Assembly: GCA_963707025.1 (NCBI GenBank)
Contig: CAVPOM010000004.1
Location: forward strand, 192,001 to 256,000
Origin: an uncultured Verrucomicrobiae bacterium
GTDB taxonomy: Bacteria; Verrucomicrobiota; Verrucomicrobiia; Limisphaerales; Palsa-1400
Direction of reading: 5' to 3'
DNA: 64,000 bases
Of this stretch, positions 32,760-42,900 are shown one piece after another. The notes below the pieces were generated by a model. It saw only the letters and a program-made list of their open reading frames with translations. It searched no databases and had not been told where the DNA came from. Each line of letters starts with the position of its first letter. Position 1 is the first letter of the stretch. Position numbers and translations under genes: made by a program.

Positions 32760-32873
32760 AGATGAAGAGGCCCCTTCACAACGCGATGGAACGCATCAAG
32801 AGCAGGCTTCAGGGCCGGAGCAAGACTCAATGTGGGGGTTGGAATATACGGGGCAGTGCGGTTTTGGCGTCAA

Positions 32874-34592
32874 TTATAACGACTTCCGCCAGTCCAGAAC
32901 GCGCAATTGCACGGAGCAGCGGCCCTGGTAAACGTTGATGGCCGGGGTGAAGGCGAGGTCAAACCGTCCTTGCGGCATGGGGGCCTGGCCCGCGCTCCAC
33001 CAGACCGCTTCCAAGGCGGCCCGGCCGTCGGTGAAACGCCATTTGACATGCTGGTTTTCCTTGCCCATTCGTTGCGGGGCCTGGCGCATGCTTAAGCCGC
33101 GCATCAGCCATTGCACCGGCGGGTTGCCCTGGCCGGTGGGGGCCAGAGCGGCCAGTTGCTCCATCAGGTCCAAGGTCATGTCCGGGCCGGCCACTTCCCC
33201 GTCCAACTTCAGGCAAGGCTCCAGTTGTTCGGGCTGCAACGCCTGCCGCGCCAGTTCATTCAAGCGGGCCCGGAACAGGTCCACTTGCTCGGGCCGGGCG
33301 GTGACTCCGGCGGCCATGCCGTGGCCGCCGTGGCGCAGCAGCAGGCTGTCGCAACTTTGCAACGCCGCCGCCAGATCAAATCCTGCAATGCTTCGGCCCG
33401 ACCCGCGCCAGAGCGCGCCGTCGCCGCCCAAGAGGATGGTGGGGCGATAAAACCGTTTCACCACCCGCGAGGCCACGATGCCCACCACCCCGATATGCCA
33501 GGAGTCGCGCCCTTCGACGATGACAAAATCCTTTTCCTGGTTGAAACGGGCCTGGACGGCGGCAATGACTTCCTCCGCCATGGCGCGTTCGATTTGCTGG
33601 CGCTGGCGGTTGCGCTCGTCCAGGCTTTGGGCGAGCGGATCGGCCGCGGCGGCGTCGCCGGCCAGGAGGAGGCGCAGGGCCTCTTCGGCGTCTTGCAGGC
33701 GTCCGGCGGCGTTGAGGCGCGGAGCGAGTTGAAAACCCACCTCATAGCTGCCGATGGGCAAAGGACACTGCGCCACCGTTTTCAGCGCCATCAGGCCGGG
33801 ACGGCGGGTCACGCTGAGTTGTTCCAGCCCCGCGCGGGCCAGGATGCGATTTTCACCCGTCAACGGAACCAGGTCGGCAATGGTGCCCAGCGCGACCAAA
33901 TCCAGGTGCTGGCGCAGATCATAATTGACAGCGGCCGGCTCGCCGCTTTGGCGGAGCTGTTTGACCAGGGCGTGGGCCAGTTTAAAGGCCAGCCCCGCCG
34001 AGCAGTACTCCGCCGCCGCGCCGGGCGGACCGGCCAGGCGCGGATTGACCAGCGCCACGGCCGGGGGCGGCGGCACGGAAACTTGGTGGTGATCGAGCAC
34101 GATGACCCCGGTTCCCTGTTGAGCGAGCCAGGCGATGGTGCCGGCGGCGGTCGAGCCGCAATCCACCGCCAGCAGCCATGGGGCGGGATGTTTTTGCAGG
34201 CAATGCTCCGCCGCCTCCCGGCTCAAGCCGTAGCCTTCGTCCATGCGATGCGGCAAATAATAATTGACGTTCCAGCCCAGCGCGCCGAGCGTTTGCAGAA
34301 GCAGGGCGGTGGAGGTGACGCCATCCACGTCGTAATCGCCAAAAATAACGACCGCTTCCCCGCGCTGGCGGGCCAGCAGGAGACCTTGCACCGCCGCCGC
34401 CATATTGGGCAGGAGCAGCGGGTCCGCCAAATCCTTCAGGCGCGGGCGCAAAAAGCGGGCGGCTTGGTCCGGCCCGACGAGGCCGCGGTTGACCAGGCAT
34501 TGCGCCAGCAGGGGAGAGACCCCCAGGGCGGCGGCGAGGGCAGCGGCGACACCGGTGGACGGCGCCTCGGGCAATGACCAGCGATATTTCAT
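32874..34592 (-). CDS. recJ: ssDNA-specific exonuclease RecJ
   Basis: GDYDVDG, VDCG, LDHH, GTIADLVPL, PRLNAAGRL, GSGRS, GGH.MAAG. Confidence 0.96.
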   Translation of the reverse strand: MKYRWSLPEAPSTGVAAALAAALGVSPLLAQCLVNRGLVGPDQAARFLRPRLKDLADPLLLPNMAAAVQGLLLARQRGEAVVIFGDYDVDGVTSTALLLQTLGALGWNVNYYLPHRMDEGYGLSREAAEHCLQKHPAPWLLAVDCGSTAAGTIAWLAQQGTGVIVLDHHQVSVPPPPAVALVNPRLAGPPGAAAEYCSAGLAFKLAHALVKQLRQSGEPAAVNYDLRQHLDLVALGTIADLVPLTGENRILARAGLEQLSVTRRPGLMALKTVAQCPLPIGSYEVGFQLAPRLNAAGRLQDAEEALRLLLAGDAAAADPLAQSLDERNRQRQQIERAMAEEVIAAVQARFNQEKDFVIVEGRDSWHIGVVGIVASRVVKRFYRPTILLGGDGALWRGSGRSIAGFDLAAALQSCDSLLLRHGGHGMAAGVTARPEQVDLFRARLNELARQALQPEQLEPCLKLDGEVAGPDMTLDLMEQLAALAPTGQGNPPVQWLMRGLSMRQAPQRMGKENQHVKWRFTDGRAALEAVWWSAGQAPMPQGRFDLAFTPAINVYQGRCSVQLRVLDWRKSL

Positions 34593-34749
34593 TTTAGGGC
34601 CGGAACCAAAGCCGGCCGTTTGGTGGCAGTGACCTGATTTGATGGTTGCAGAGTCGGCGCGGTGCGCCGATTTCGAGGCACAGGCTCGAGCGTTTTCACA
34701 AATACTGCAGCCGCATCACGCCGCAGGGTCCCGGCAGGCCGGGATTGCC

Positions 34750-34781
34750 CGCCGCGGCGCGCACGGAGTGCGCGCCCTACC
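34750..34781 (-). repeat. GTAG-type REP palindrome
   Basis: Minus strand GGTAGGGCGCGCACTCCGTGCGCGCC. Confidence 0.55.
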
Positions 34782-34817
34782 ATCCTCATTTAGGGCTGCA
34801 CAATTTCTTAAACCGCC

Positions 34818-37388
34818 TTAGACGCGGGCGCGCGCGGCGCCGGCGGCGGCGCCGGTGGCGGCGGAGGACTCCGCCACGGCCCGCGGGGCGGTGCTGGGGC
34901 GTTCGCCTTTGTGCCACCAAAGGACCAGGGCGCAGGCGATGTAGATGCTGGAATAGGTGCCGCTGATGATGCCGACCAAAAAGGTGAAGGCAAAATCCTT
35001 GATCGCCCCGCCGCCGAAGACAAAGAGCGACATGGTGGAAAGAAAGACCGTGCCGGAGGTAATGATGGTGCGGCTCAAGGTCTGGTTGACCGCCTTGTTG
35101 ATGATTTCGCGGAACGTGCCGCGCAATCCCAGTTTCAAATCCTCCCGGATGCGGTCGAAAATAACGACCTTGTCGTTGAGGGAGAAGCCGATGATGGTCA
35201 GAACGGCCGCGACCATGGGGGCGCTGAGCTGGCGGCCGGACATGAAAAAGATGCCGAGGGTGAGGAAGACGTCGTGGACGACGGCCACGACGGCGCCGAT
35301 GGAAAAGGAAAACTCGTAGCGAAAGGCCACGTAAAACAAGATGCCGAAGAGGGACAAAAACGAGGCGAACACCGCCGACCTGGTGATGTCCTCGCCGACC
35401 GAGGGGCCGACGGTGGTAATCCCGGCGACGGAGAAGCCGGCGGCGGGAAATTCTTTGGCCAGGGTATTGGTCACGGCGTCGGCCGTTTTAAACGGGGAGA
35501 CGATCTTCAAGGTTTCCGCCCCGACGCCTTTTTCGTACTGGATTTCCGGCTCGCTTCCCAGGGCGGCATGGAGGGCGGGGCGCAATTTGTCCGGTTCCAC
35601 CCGGTTGGTGAAACTGAAGGTCACGGCGTCGCCGCCGGCAAATTCAGGGCCCTCGACCTTTTTGCCAAGATGAAAGCCGTAACCCATTCCGGCCACGATC
35701 AGCGCGGCGGAGAGGAAATAAGCCAGCTTGTTCCATTTCATGAAATCCCATTCCGGGTTTTTGATGATGTGCAACATGCCCACTTTGTTGAGCCAGCCGC
35801 GGTTGAGGAGGAAATCAAAAATCAGGCGCGTGACCACCAGGGCGGTGAACAAGCTCAAGGCCACGCCGATGGTGAGAGTGACGCCGAATCCCTTGACCGG
35901 GCCGGTGCCCATGTAGATGAGGATGACGGCGGAAATGAGCGTGGTGGTGTGGGAGTCGAAAATGGTGGCGAAGGCGCGGCTGTAAGCGGCGGCGATGGCC
36001 CCGCGCATGGATTTGCCCAGCGACATTTCTTCGCGCAACCGTTCGTAAATCAGCACGTTGGCATCCACCGCCATGCCGACGGTCAGGACGATGCCGGCGA
36101 TGCCCGGCAGGGAGAGGGTGGTGCCGATGGAACACATGATGCCCAGGGTGATGACCAGATTGAGCAGCATGGCGAAATCGGCCAGCAGCCCGCAGCGATG
36201 ATAGTAAACCGCCATGAACACCACCACCGCCAGCGTGCCGATCACGGCGGACCAGATGCCCTTATGAATCGAATCTGCGCCGAGGGTGGGACTGACTTGG
36301 TTCATGGCGTCTATATGCACCGGCGTTTCCAGGGGGTTTTCCAGCATGTTCGCCGTGGAGATGGCTTCGGCAATGTCCATGGCGCCTCCGCTGATTCGGC
36401 AGCGGCCGCCGAGAATTGGCTCCTCGATGTGCGGCGCGGTTTGGATGACGCCGTCCAGCACGATGGCCATGTAGCCGTCATTATTGGCGGTGGTGAGCCT
36501 GCCGAATTTGGCGGCTCCCTCCTTGTCAAACTCGATATTCACCTCCGGAGCGCCGGAGGGGTCGCGGCTGGCACCGGCCTTCTTGATATATTTCCCGGTC
36601 AGACCTTCGCTGGGCTTTTTTTCCACCAGGTAGGGAACGAAGGTGACCTTGCCGGCGTCGTCCTTGTGCTTCATCCTCAAAATCTCGTAGCCCGGCGGAA
36701 TGACCAGAGGTTGTTGCAAGAGAATCTCGTGGTTCTGCGGATGAACCACGCGGAACTCCAGGAAGGCGGCTTTTTGAATTTTCGTCTTGGCTTCATCCTG
36801 AGCGGCCTGGGAAAGGCCGGGCAACTGGATGCTGATTTCATTTTCGCCCGCGGCGGTGATGAGCGGTTCGGCCACGCCCATCGAGTCCACGCGGCTGCGC
36901 AGGATGGTGATGGCCTGGGAAACCAGGCGCTTGCGTTCATCGGCGGCGTTGAGGGCGTTGTGGTTGGTGTCGTTGGCGGAAACATGGTTGGTGTCCAGGC
37001 TCACCCGGAATTCGGTGCCGCCCTGGAGATCCAGCCCGAGATGGATTTTGCCGGCGGCTTTGCGCTGCAGGATGTTGAGCAGGGTGTAGGTCGGGTTTTC
37101 CTGTCCCCGGACATCATTGTAGGGGAAGTATGGCTGGATGTCGTTGGTGCCGATGGCGGTCATCAGATCGGAGAATTCGCGCGTCGGGTCCGGCTTGGCG
37201 GCCTGCAAATCCCGGGCCTGCTTGACGATTTTCTCGAAGACCGGGTTCATGGCGCCGCGGTCGGCCTTGTCCTGGAATTCCTGGATCAAGCTTTGGTTGG
37301 TCAGCGGATACATTTCCCACAGGGAGCCGAGCACCATGAAGGCGATCAAGGCCCAGAAGAATTTGGGATGACGTGTGACAATGTTCAT
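34818..37388 (-). CDS. secDF: Fused protein translocase SecD/SecF
   Basis: LGLDLQGG, GMAVDANVLIYER, VVHDV, GFSLNDKVVIFDRIRE, GTYSSIYIA. Confidence 0.95.
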   Translation of the reverse strand: MNIVTRHPKFFWALIAFMVLGSLWEMYPLTNQSLIQEFQDKADRGAMNPVFEKIVKQARDLQAAKPDPTREFSDLMTAIGTNDIQPYFPYNDVRGQENPTYTLLNILQRKAAGKIHLGLDLQGGTEFRVSLDTNHVSANDTNHNALNAADERKRLVSQAITILRSRVDSMGVAEPLITAAGENEISIQLPGLSQAAQDEAKTKIQKAAFLEFRVVHPQNHEILLQQPLVIPPGYEILRMKHKDDAGKVTFVPYLVEKKPSEGLTGKYIKKAGASRDPSGAPEVNIEFDKEGAAKFGRLTTANNDGYMAIVLDGVIQTAPHIEEPILGGRCRISGGAMDIAEAISTANMLENPLETPVHIDAMNQVSPTLGADSIHKGIWSAVIGTLAVVVFMAVYYHRCGLLADFAMLLNLVITLGIMCSIGTTLSLPGIAGIVLTVGMAVDANVLIYERLREEMSLGKSMRGAIAAAYSRAFATIFDSHTTTLISAVILIYMGTGPVKGFGVTLTIGVALSLFTALVVTRLIFDFLLNRGWLNKVGMLHIIKNPEWDFMKWNKLAYFLSAALIVAGMGYGFHLGKKVEGPEFAGGDAVTFSFTNRVEPDKLRPALHAALGSEPEIQYEKGVGAETLKIVSPFKTADAVTNTLAKEFPAAGFSVAGITTVGPSVGEDITRSAVFASFLSLFGILFYVAFRYEFSFSIGAVVAVVHDVFLTLGIFFMSGRQLSAPMVAAVLTIIGFSLNDKVVIFDRIREDLKLGLRGTFREIINKAVNQTLSRTIITSGTVFLSTMSLFVFGGGAIKDFAFTFLVGIISGTYSSIYIACALVLWWHKGERPSTAPRAVAESSAATGAAAGAARARV

Positions 37389-37403
37389 GAAGGTGGGGGG
37401 CGA

Positions 37404-37751
37404 TCAGGATGAGGACGATTCGCCGCTGCGCTCGGTGACCTCGGCCACGGCGGATTTAAGAATTTCAAGTTTGGTATCGTTGGAGCGGATGGAAATGGTT
37501 TTGTCTTTGAGGGACAAAACCACCGCGACAATGCCGCTGCTGGTCACGATTTTGTCGCCGGCGCGCAGGTTCTTGATCATGGCGGCCAGTTCCTTGGCCC
37601 GTTTTTGCTGGGGCCGGAATAAAAACAGCCACATCATCAGGACCATGCCGCCCATGAGCAGGACGGTTTGGAGCATCTGGGCGGTCGGATTTGGCGCCGG
37701 CTGGGTCGCGGCCGGGTCGGCCAGCAAGAATTTCAAACCACTTAAATTCAT
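37404..37751 (-). CDS. yajC: Preprotein translocase subunit YajC
   Basis: FRPQQKR, GDKIVTSSGI; upstream of secDF. Confidence 0.92.
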   Translation of the reverse strand: MNLSGLKFLLADPAATQPAPNPTAQMLQTVLLMGGMVLMMWLFLFRPQQKRAKELAAMIKNLRAGDKIVTSSGIVAVVLSLKDKTISIRSNDTKLEILKSAVAEVTERSGESSSS

Positions 37752-37932
37752 ATATTCCAAAGTGAGCCGTTCAATCTAGGGCAGGGAACGCGTTTGGCAA
37801 GCACAACCTTCCCGAAAACGCCGCCCAATGCAATGCTGGAATGAGCGCCCCTGTCCGGGCGCATCTTGGCGCTGCTACTGGCGGCAGGCGCAAGAATGCC
37901 ACTGGAGTGCGCCCGTCCTCGGGGAATGGCGC

Positions 37933-38280
37933 TTAAATAAGACCTAAAACTTTCTTACCCAGCCTCTTACGACGCGGGGGATGCGGGATGGTTTCAAACA
38001 AGACCTGACGGCTCAAGCGTTGCATGGCTTTGATGGTGGCTTGCACCTCCCGCCACTCGGCAATGGCGTCATGGAGCCACTCATATTGTTCTTTGGAGAG
38101 AGCGACACTGACCGTTTTGCCTTTGACCTTGCGGGTCCACTGATAACAAGGGCCGCCTGCTCCGGGGCCGCGGTCTTGCACGTAGCCCTCGCTGATCCAG
38201 CCGGTTCTGGCCAGCCGGTCGCGTAATTGGGCGTATTGGGCCTGCCATTGGGCTGGCCGGGTTGTTTTGTGAGTCGGCAT
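37933..38280 (-). CDS. IS accessory protein, DUF6788-like
   Basis: Identical protein to 19651..19998. Confidence 0.7.
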   Translation of the reverse strand: MPTHKTTRPAQWQAQYAQLRDRLARTGWISEGYVQDRGPGAGGPCYQWTRKVKGKTVSVALSKEQYEWLHDAIAEWREVQATIKAMQRLSRQVLFETIPHPPRRKRLGKKVLGLI

Positions 38281-38329
38281 AAAGAAAAGAGTAGCAGACG
38301 TGTCAATAAGGCGGTATATATACCGCCTT

Positions 38330-39817
38330 ATGCCCGACACCCCCTTCTTCCCGGCCTGGCGGCCCCGTCTGGCGGCGGCGGGCCGCCGCTGTGCCCACAG
38401 CCTGGCGCGCCTCCGTCACGCCACCTTGAGTCAGATCGAGGACCGCCTGGCTCCCGCCTTGCCCACCGACCTCCTGCGAAAACCGGCCGCCGGCGACTAC
38501 TCCCGCGAGCAGGTTTACACTCTGGTTCGCACCTGGTGGTGCTGGGTCTGGCCAGTCTTCCAAGCCAACACTTCCTGCCGCCACGTCGTCCTTCAGGTGC
38601 AGGCCCTGCTGGCCTTGGTCCAAGGCCCGGAACCGGAGCCGGACAGCAGCGCCTATTGCCAGGCCCGCGCCAAACTCCCCCTGGCCTTGCTGGAGCAAGC
38701 CTTCGCGGCCAGCGCCGACAGCGCCGAAAAGCGCGCCCCGGCCAGTACGCTGCTACAGGGCCGCCCGTTGAAAGCGGTCGATGGCAGCGGCACCCACCTG
38801 CCCGACACCCCGGCCAATCGGGCGGCCTTTCCCCCCAGCCAAAGCCTGCAGCCCGGCGGCGGCTTTCCCCACCTGCGCGTGGTGGCTCTGTTCTCCGCCG
38901 CCAGCGGCGCCCTTTTGGCCAAAGCCACCGGCAGCCTGCGCTCCTCCGAACTGGCTCTGTTTCTCCACGGCTTGCGCTCGGCTTTGCACCCCGGCGACAT
39001 CCTCTTGGGCGACCGCGCCTATGGGGTTTATATTATCGCCGCCGTCCTCCAACTCCTGGGCGTGGATTTGCTCGCGCGGGTCTCCGTGCGCAACCGCAAG
39101 GTGGATTTCCGCCAGGCCCGCCAACGCCTGGGTCACTGGGACGCGCTCTTTACCTGGTCCAAACCCGGCCGGCCTTCGCCCCTGCTTTCGTTCCTGGAAT
39201 GGCTCGGACTGCCGCCGCAGATCACGGTGCGGGTGCTGCGCGCGCGCCTGAGCCGGGCCGGCTTCCGCACCCGCCACCTGACCCTGGTCACGACCCTGTT
39301 GGATGCGGCGCTTTTTCCAGCGGAGGAACTGGCGGCCGCTTATGCCCGGCGCTGGCGCATGGAACTGTGCCTGGATGATCTCAAAACCACCCTGGGCATG
39401 CAGAGCCTGCATTGCCTCTGTCCCCGCATGGTGGAGAAAGAACTCCTGCTCTTCCTCACCGCCCATAATTTCCTGCGCTGGATCATGGCCGAAGCCGCGC
39501 AAAGCCAGAACGTGGACTTGGATCGGATCAGTTTCAAAGGCAGCCTGGACGCCTTCCGGCAATGGACGCAGGCACTGGCACAACTCGGACACGCCCGGAA
39601 CAAAGGGGGACGGCGCCGCCAATTATGGCAGCGGCTGCTCCGAAGGCTGGCGACCGATCTGGTGCCCAGGCGTCCGGGAAGAGCGGAGCCGCGCGCTGTC
39701 AAGAAACGATCCAAATACCCCCATTTGAACAAATCGCGGCATCAATACCGCCAGCCCTGGAGCCGCAATAAACGCCGCCGTCTGGCCCGGGCCAAAAGAA
39801 AGGCTTCCCTTATTTAA
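38330..39817 (+). CDS. IS4-family DDE transposase (intact triad)
   Basis: KAVDGS, LGDRAY, YARRWRME. Confidence 0.93.
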   Translation: MPDTPFFPAWRPRLAAAGRRCAHSLARLRHATLSQIEDRLAPALPTDLLRKPAAGDYSREQVYTLVRTWWCWVWPVFQANTSCRHVVLQVQALLALVQGPEPEPDSSAYCQARAKLPLALLEQAFAASADSAEKRAPASTLLQGRPLKAVDGSGTHLPDTPANRAAFPPSQSLQPGGGFPHLRVVALFSAASGALLAKATGSLRSSELALFLHGLRSALHPGDILLGDRAYGVYIIAAVLQLLGVDLLARVSVRNRKVDFRQARQRLGHWDALFTWSKPGRPSPLLSFLEWLGLPPQITVRVLRARLSRAGFRTRHLTLVTTLLDAALFPAEELAAAYARRWRMELCLDDLKTTLGMQSLHCLCPRMVEKELLLFLTAHNFLRWIMAEAAQSQNVDLDRISFKGSLDAFRQWTQALAQLGHARNKGGRRRQLWQRLLRRLATDLVPRRPGRAEPRAVKKRSKYPHLNKSRHQYRQPWSRNKRRRLARAKRKASLI

Positions 39818-39963
39818 GCGCCATTCCCCGTCCTCGGGCGCAGCAGCGTGGGAAACACGGCGCGGCGGTGCTTTTCCTGAGCACCCAAACAATCCCTGGC
39901 TTGCTGCGGCCGGGGACGGGCGCACTCCGCCGGCAGCCGTGCCAAGATACGCCCGCCCTGTCC

Positions 39964-42900
39964 CTACTGGGTGCGGATGACCTTGTAGAAGCGGGCGGTC
40001 TGCTGGCCGATGGGGGTGGGGTCGGTGTAGGCGCCGACGTAGCCGTCGGTCGTGACGGTGGCGGCTTTGCTCCAGTGGATCAGATCGGAGGACATATCCA
40101 CTTCGTAGGCCGCGCCAGGCCCGGCCGTCCAGGAGAAGGTGAAGCCGTTGGCCCCCGCGCTCATCGCCGAGAACACGATCGCCGGGGTGGTGTAGAGAGG
40201 CGGGCCATTGGTCAAGGTGGTGGCGGTGATGGTAAAGCTGACAGTCTGGGCGGTGTTGTTGGGCACGCCCAGGTACCAGGTGGTGCCGACGAAGGAGGGC
40301 AGCAGGGCGTTGGTCACGATGGTGACCTGTTGCGGGGTGATCCCCGGGCTGAAGCTGCCGTCGGTCATTTCCAGGGGCGTGGGCAGGAAGCCGATGCGCG
40401 CGATCAAATCCACGTTGCCGGTCAAGTTGCTGGCCACAAATTGCACGGCGCTGGCGGCGGGGTTGGTCACGGTGTAGGAATAAAAATTGGTCAGGTCGGG
40501 GCCGGGTCCGATCGTGCCGTTGGCCTGCCAGGCGCCGTTGAGGAAGTTGGTCAGCGGGGTGATGGTGATGGCGCCGTTGGTGATGAAGCTGGCGACCACC
40601 CGGTAGGTGTTGGTGCTGTTGGCATTGAAATTGTAAACGGCCAGATACCAGGTGCCCGGCGTGAGCGGCACGGGTGCGGAGTTGGTGGTGACCTGAAAGC
40701 CCAGGAGGTCGAAGGAGTTGGTGGCCACGACAATGGCTTCGTCGTTGGTCCCCTCGTACGAGGTCTTGTAATCGAACATGGCGCTGGTCGGCAGGGGCAG
40801 GTCGTGCCGGGCGTAAAGGTCCAGTTCGTTGGCCGGATTGATGATTTCAAAGGAGGCCAGGATGGCGTTGGTCGGCACGTCGAAGGAATAGAATTGCGGC
40901 GTGTTGGTGATGGTATTGGTAAAAGCGATGGTGTTGGTCAGGGGGATGGCGCTGAAATTGGTCAGATTTTGGGTGTCCACCTGAACGGTGAAGGTGGCCG
41001 GGTAAGTGTTGGGGTTTTGCACGCCCAGGAAATAGCGCGCGCCGGGCAGCAGGGATGGCGGCGGGGCGTTGTTGCTCAGTTCATAAAAGCCGGTGGAGAC
41101 GTTGGTGAGCAAGGTGTAGTCGCCCGACTGGTCGCCGGTGGGCAGGGCGGTCTGGTTGAAGAGCAGATTCAACTCCGCCGGAAACCCCGCAAGCCCGTTG
41201 CTCAGGCAGTTCCGCAAACGGTTGGTGTCCAAAATGGCGCCGGCGGGAACATCGAAGGCGAAATAGGCGATGTCGTTGGCGGCCACAGTCCCGGCGGTGT
41301 AGGGGACATGGTTGGTCAGCACGATCAGGTTGACGTTGGTGGAGGAGACGGTCATCTGCAGGTTCCAACTGAGCAAAACGCCGTTGGTCACGGCGGTCGC
41401 GTCGGTGCGCGTGTCCCAGACATCCAGCGTCCAGCAGCCGTCGGGATTTTGGCCGGTGAAGGGCGCCAGCGCTTCTTCGGGCTGGACGAAATTGGGAGTG
41501 GCCGGTGTTTGCAGGACGAAATCGTCGAACAACATTCCGAGGGGATGGCCCTCGAGGGCGAAGACAGTGTTGGAGCTGACGGCGGTGAAATAGACGGCGT
41601 TGGTCAGCCAGTTGGTGCTGCTGGCCGGGGCGATCAGGGTGGTGTTGGTCAGGCCGTTGAGCAGGATTTCGCAGTTGGGCAGAATGGAGGTGGGGTTGGC
41701 CTTGCCGATGTGATTGGTGCCCGCCTGGTAGATGGCGGCAATTTCCACATCGGTCAGCGCCCGGTTCCACAGATCCAATTCGTCCACCGCGCCGCTGTAG
41801 GGCTGGGTGCCGTCAACTCCATCGCAGGTGCCAATGCCCAAGTTCAAGGGCTGCGCATTATTAAGATTGGCAATGTCTGGGGCGGTAACGCTGGTTTTGA
41901 ATCGCCCGTCCACATAGGCGGAGTAGAGAGTGCCCCTTCTGGTCCAGGCCACATGATGCCAAAGCCCGTCATTCACCAGGTTGGTAGGGTAGAACGAAAC
42001 GTGTCCTGGGCCGGTGCCATCATCCAATTCCAAACTCACAATTCCAGGCGTTGGGGTGGGGTTTCCAAGACCGATTCGGATATTCCACCAGGTTCCGAGA
42101 TTGCAAATGTCCCGTTTGTCCAAAAAGGCTTCTTCCACGACTGAGGTCGTGTTCATCCAGAAGTCAATGGTGAAGTCATTGGTGCCAAAGTTGCCTGCAT
42201 TCGGGCCGAAGTTGATGTGGGAACCCTGCCCGTCGAACTGGAAGCCCTGGCCAACCACGCCGGTTATGTTGGTTACAGTAGGGGTGATGATTCCATTATT
42301 GGTGCCGATGATGTCGTTGGCGTCTCCTTCAAAGGGCCACCAGTCCACCAGCCCCGGCCCGCGATAAGCATAGGTCAGCGTGTAGGGCTGGCCGATGATC
42401 GTCGGGATCGAGTTGGTCATATAGCCGTCGGCCAGCGCCATATAATTGGTCCCCTCGTAAGCCTGATAGAGGTCGCTCCCGGTCACCACCGCCACCTGGT
42501 TGCTCACCACCGTCCAGCCTTCCACGTTCGTTCCCAGTGTCACGGGGAAAAGGCCGTTGGTCAACCCGTAGGGGCCGGCTGGGACCGTCTCGAAACTGCT
42601 GATAAAAAGATCTACATTGGTCGGTATTTGGCCGTAGGGCGGCGGCACAAACTTGACCAACTGCTGTGCGAAATTGGTGTTGTCGGTGAATGTCAAATAA
42701 ATGTAGCTCCCGTTGCTGGTGGTCAGGCCCAGGTTGGTCACACCCGGCCCGCCCCGGTCCTCGTAAAGCTCCACGCTGGTCCCTTGCGGGCTGGTCAGAT
42801 GCAGGACCAGGTTGTCCGAGTTGGTTTTGGCGATGCGCACCCCCACCTCCAGGCTCACCAGTTGCTGGTTGCTGGCCAAAATCGAGCCGGCCGGGATGCA

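Larger units (their letters stand above)
37924..39826 (+). mobile_element. IS4-family insertion sequence copy 2 (1903 bp)
   Basis: Same TIRs as copy 1; TSD CCCGTCCTCGGG at 37912..37923 and 39827..39838. Confidence 0.95.
37857..39954. repeat. 183-bp REP-doublet/MITE copy B (inverted relative to A), interrupted by IS
   Basis: 39839..39954 is nearly the reverse complement of 19514..19629; 37857..37911 resembles the reverse complement of 21557..21611. Confidence 0.85.

Noticed and set aside
19642..39826. Composite transposon carrying the 16-kb block between the two IS copies
   Set aside because: Each IS has its own complete TSD and host repeat, and the enclosed genes are core housekeeping genes, so these are independent insertions.
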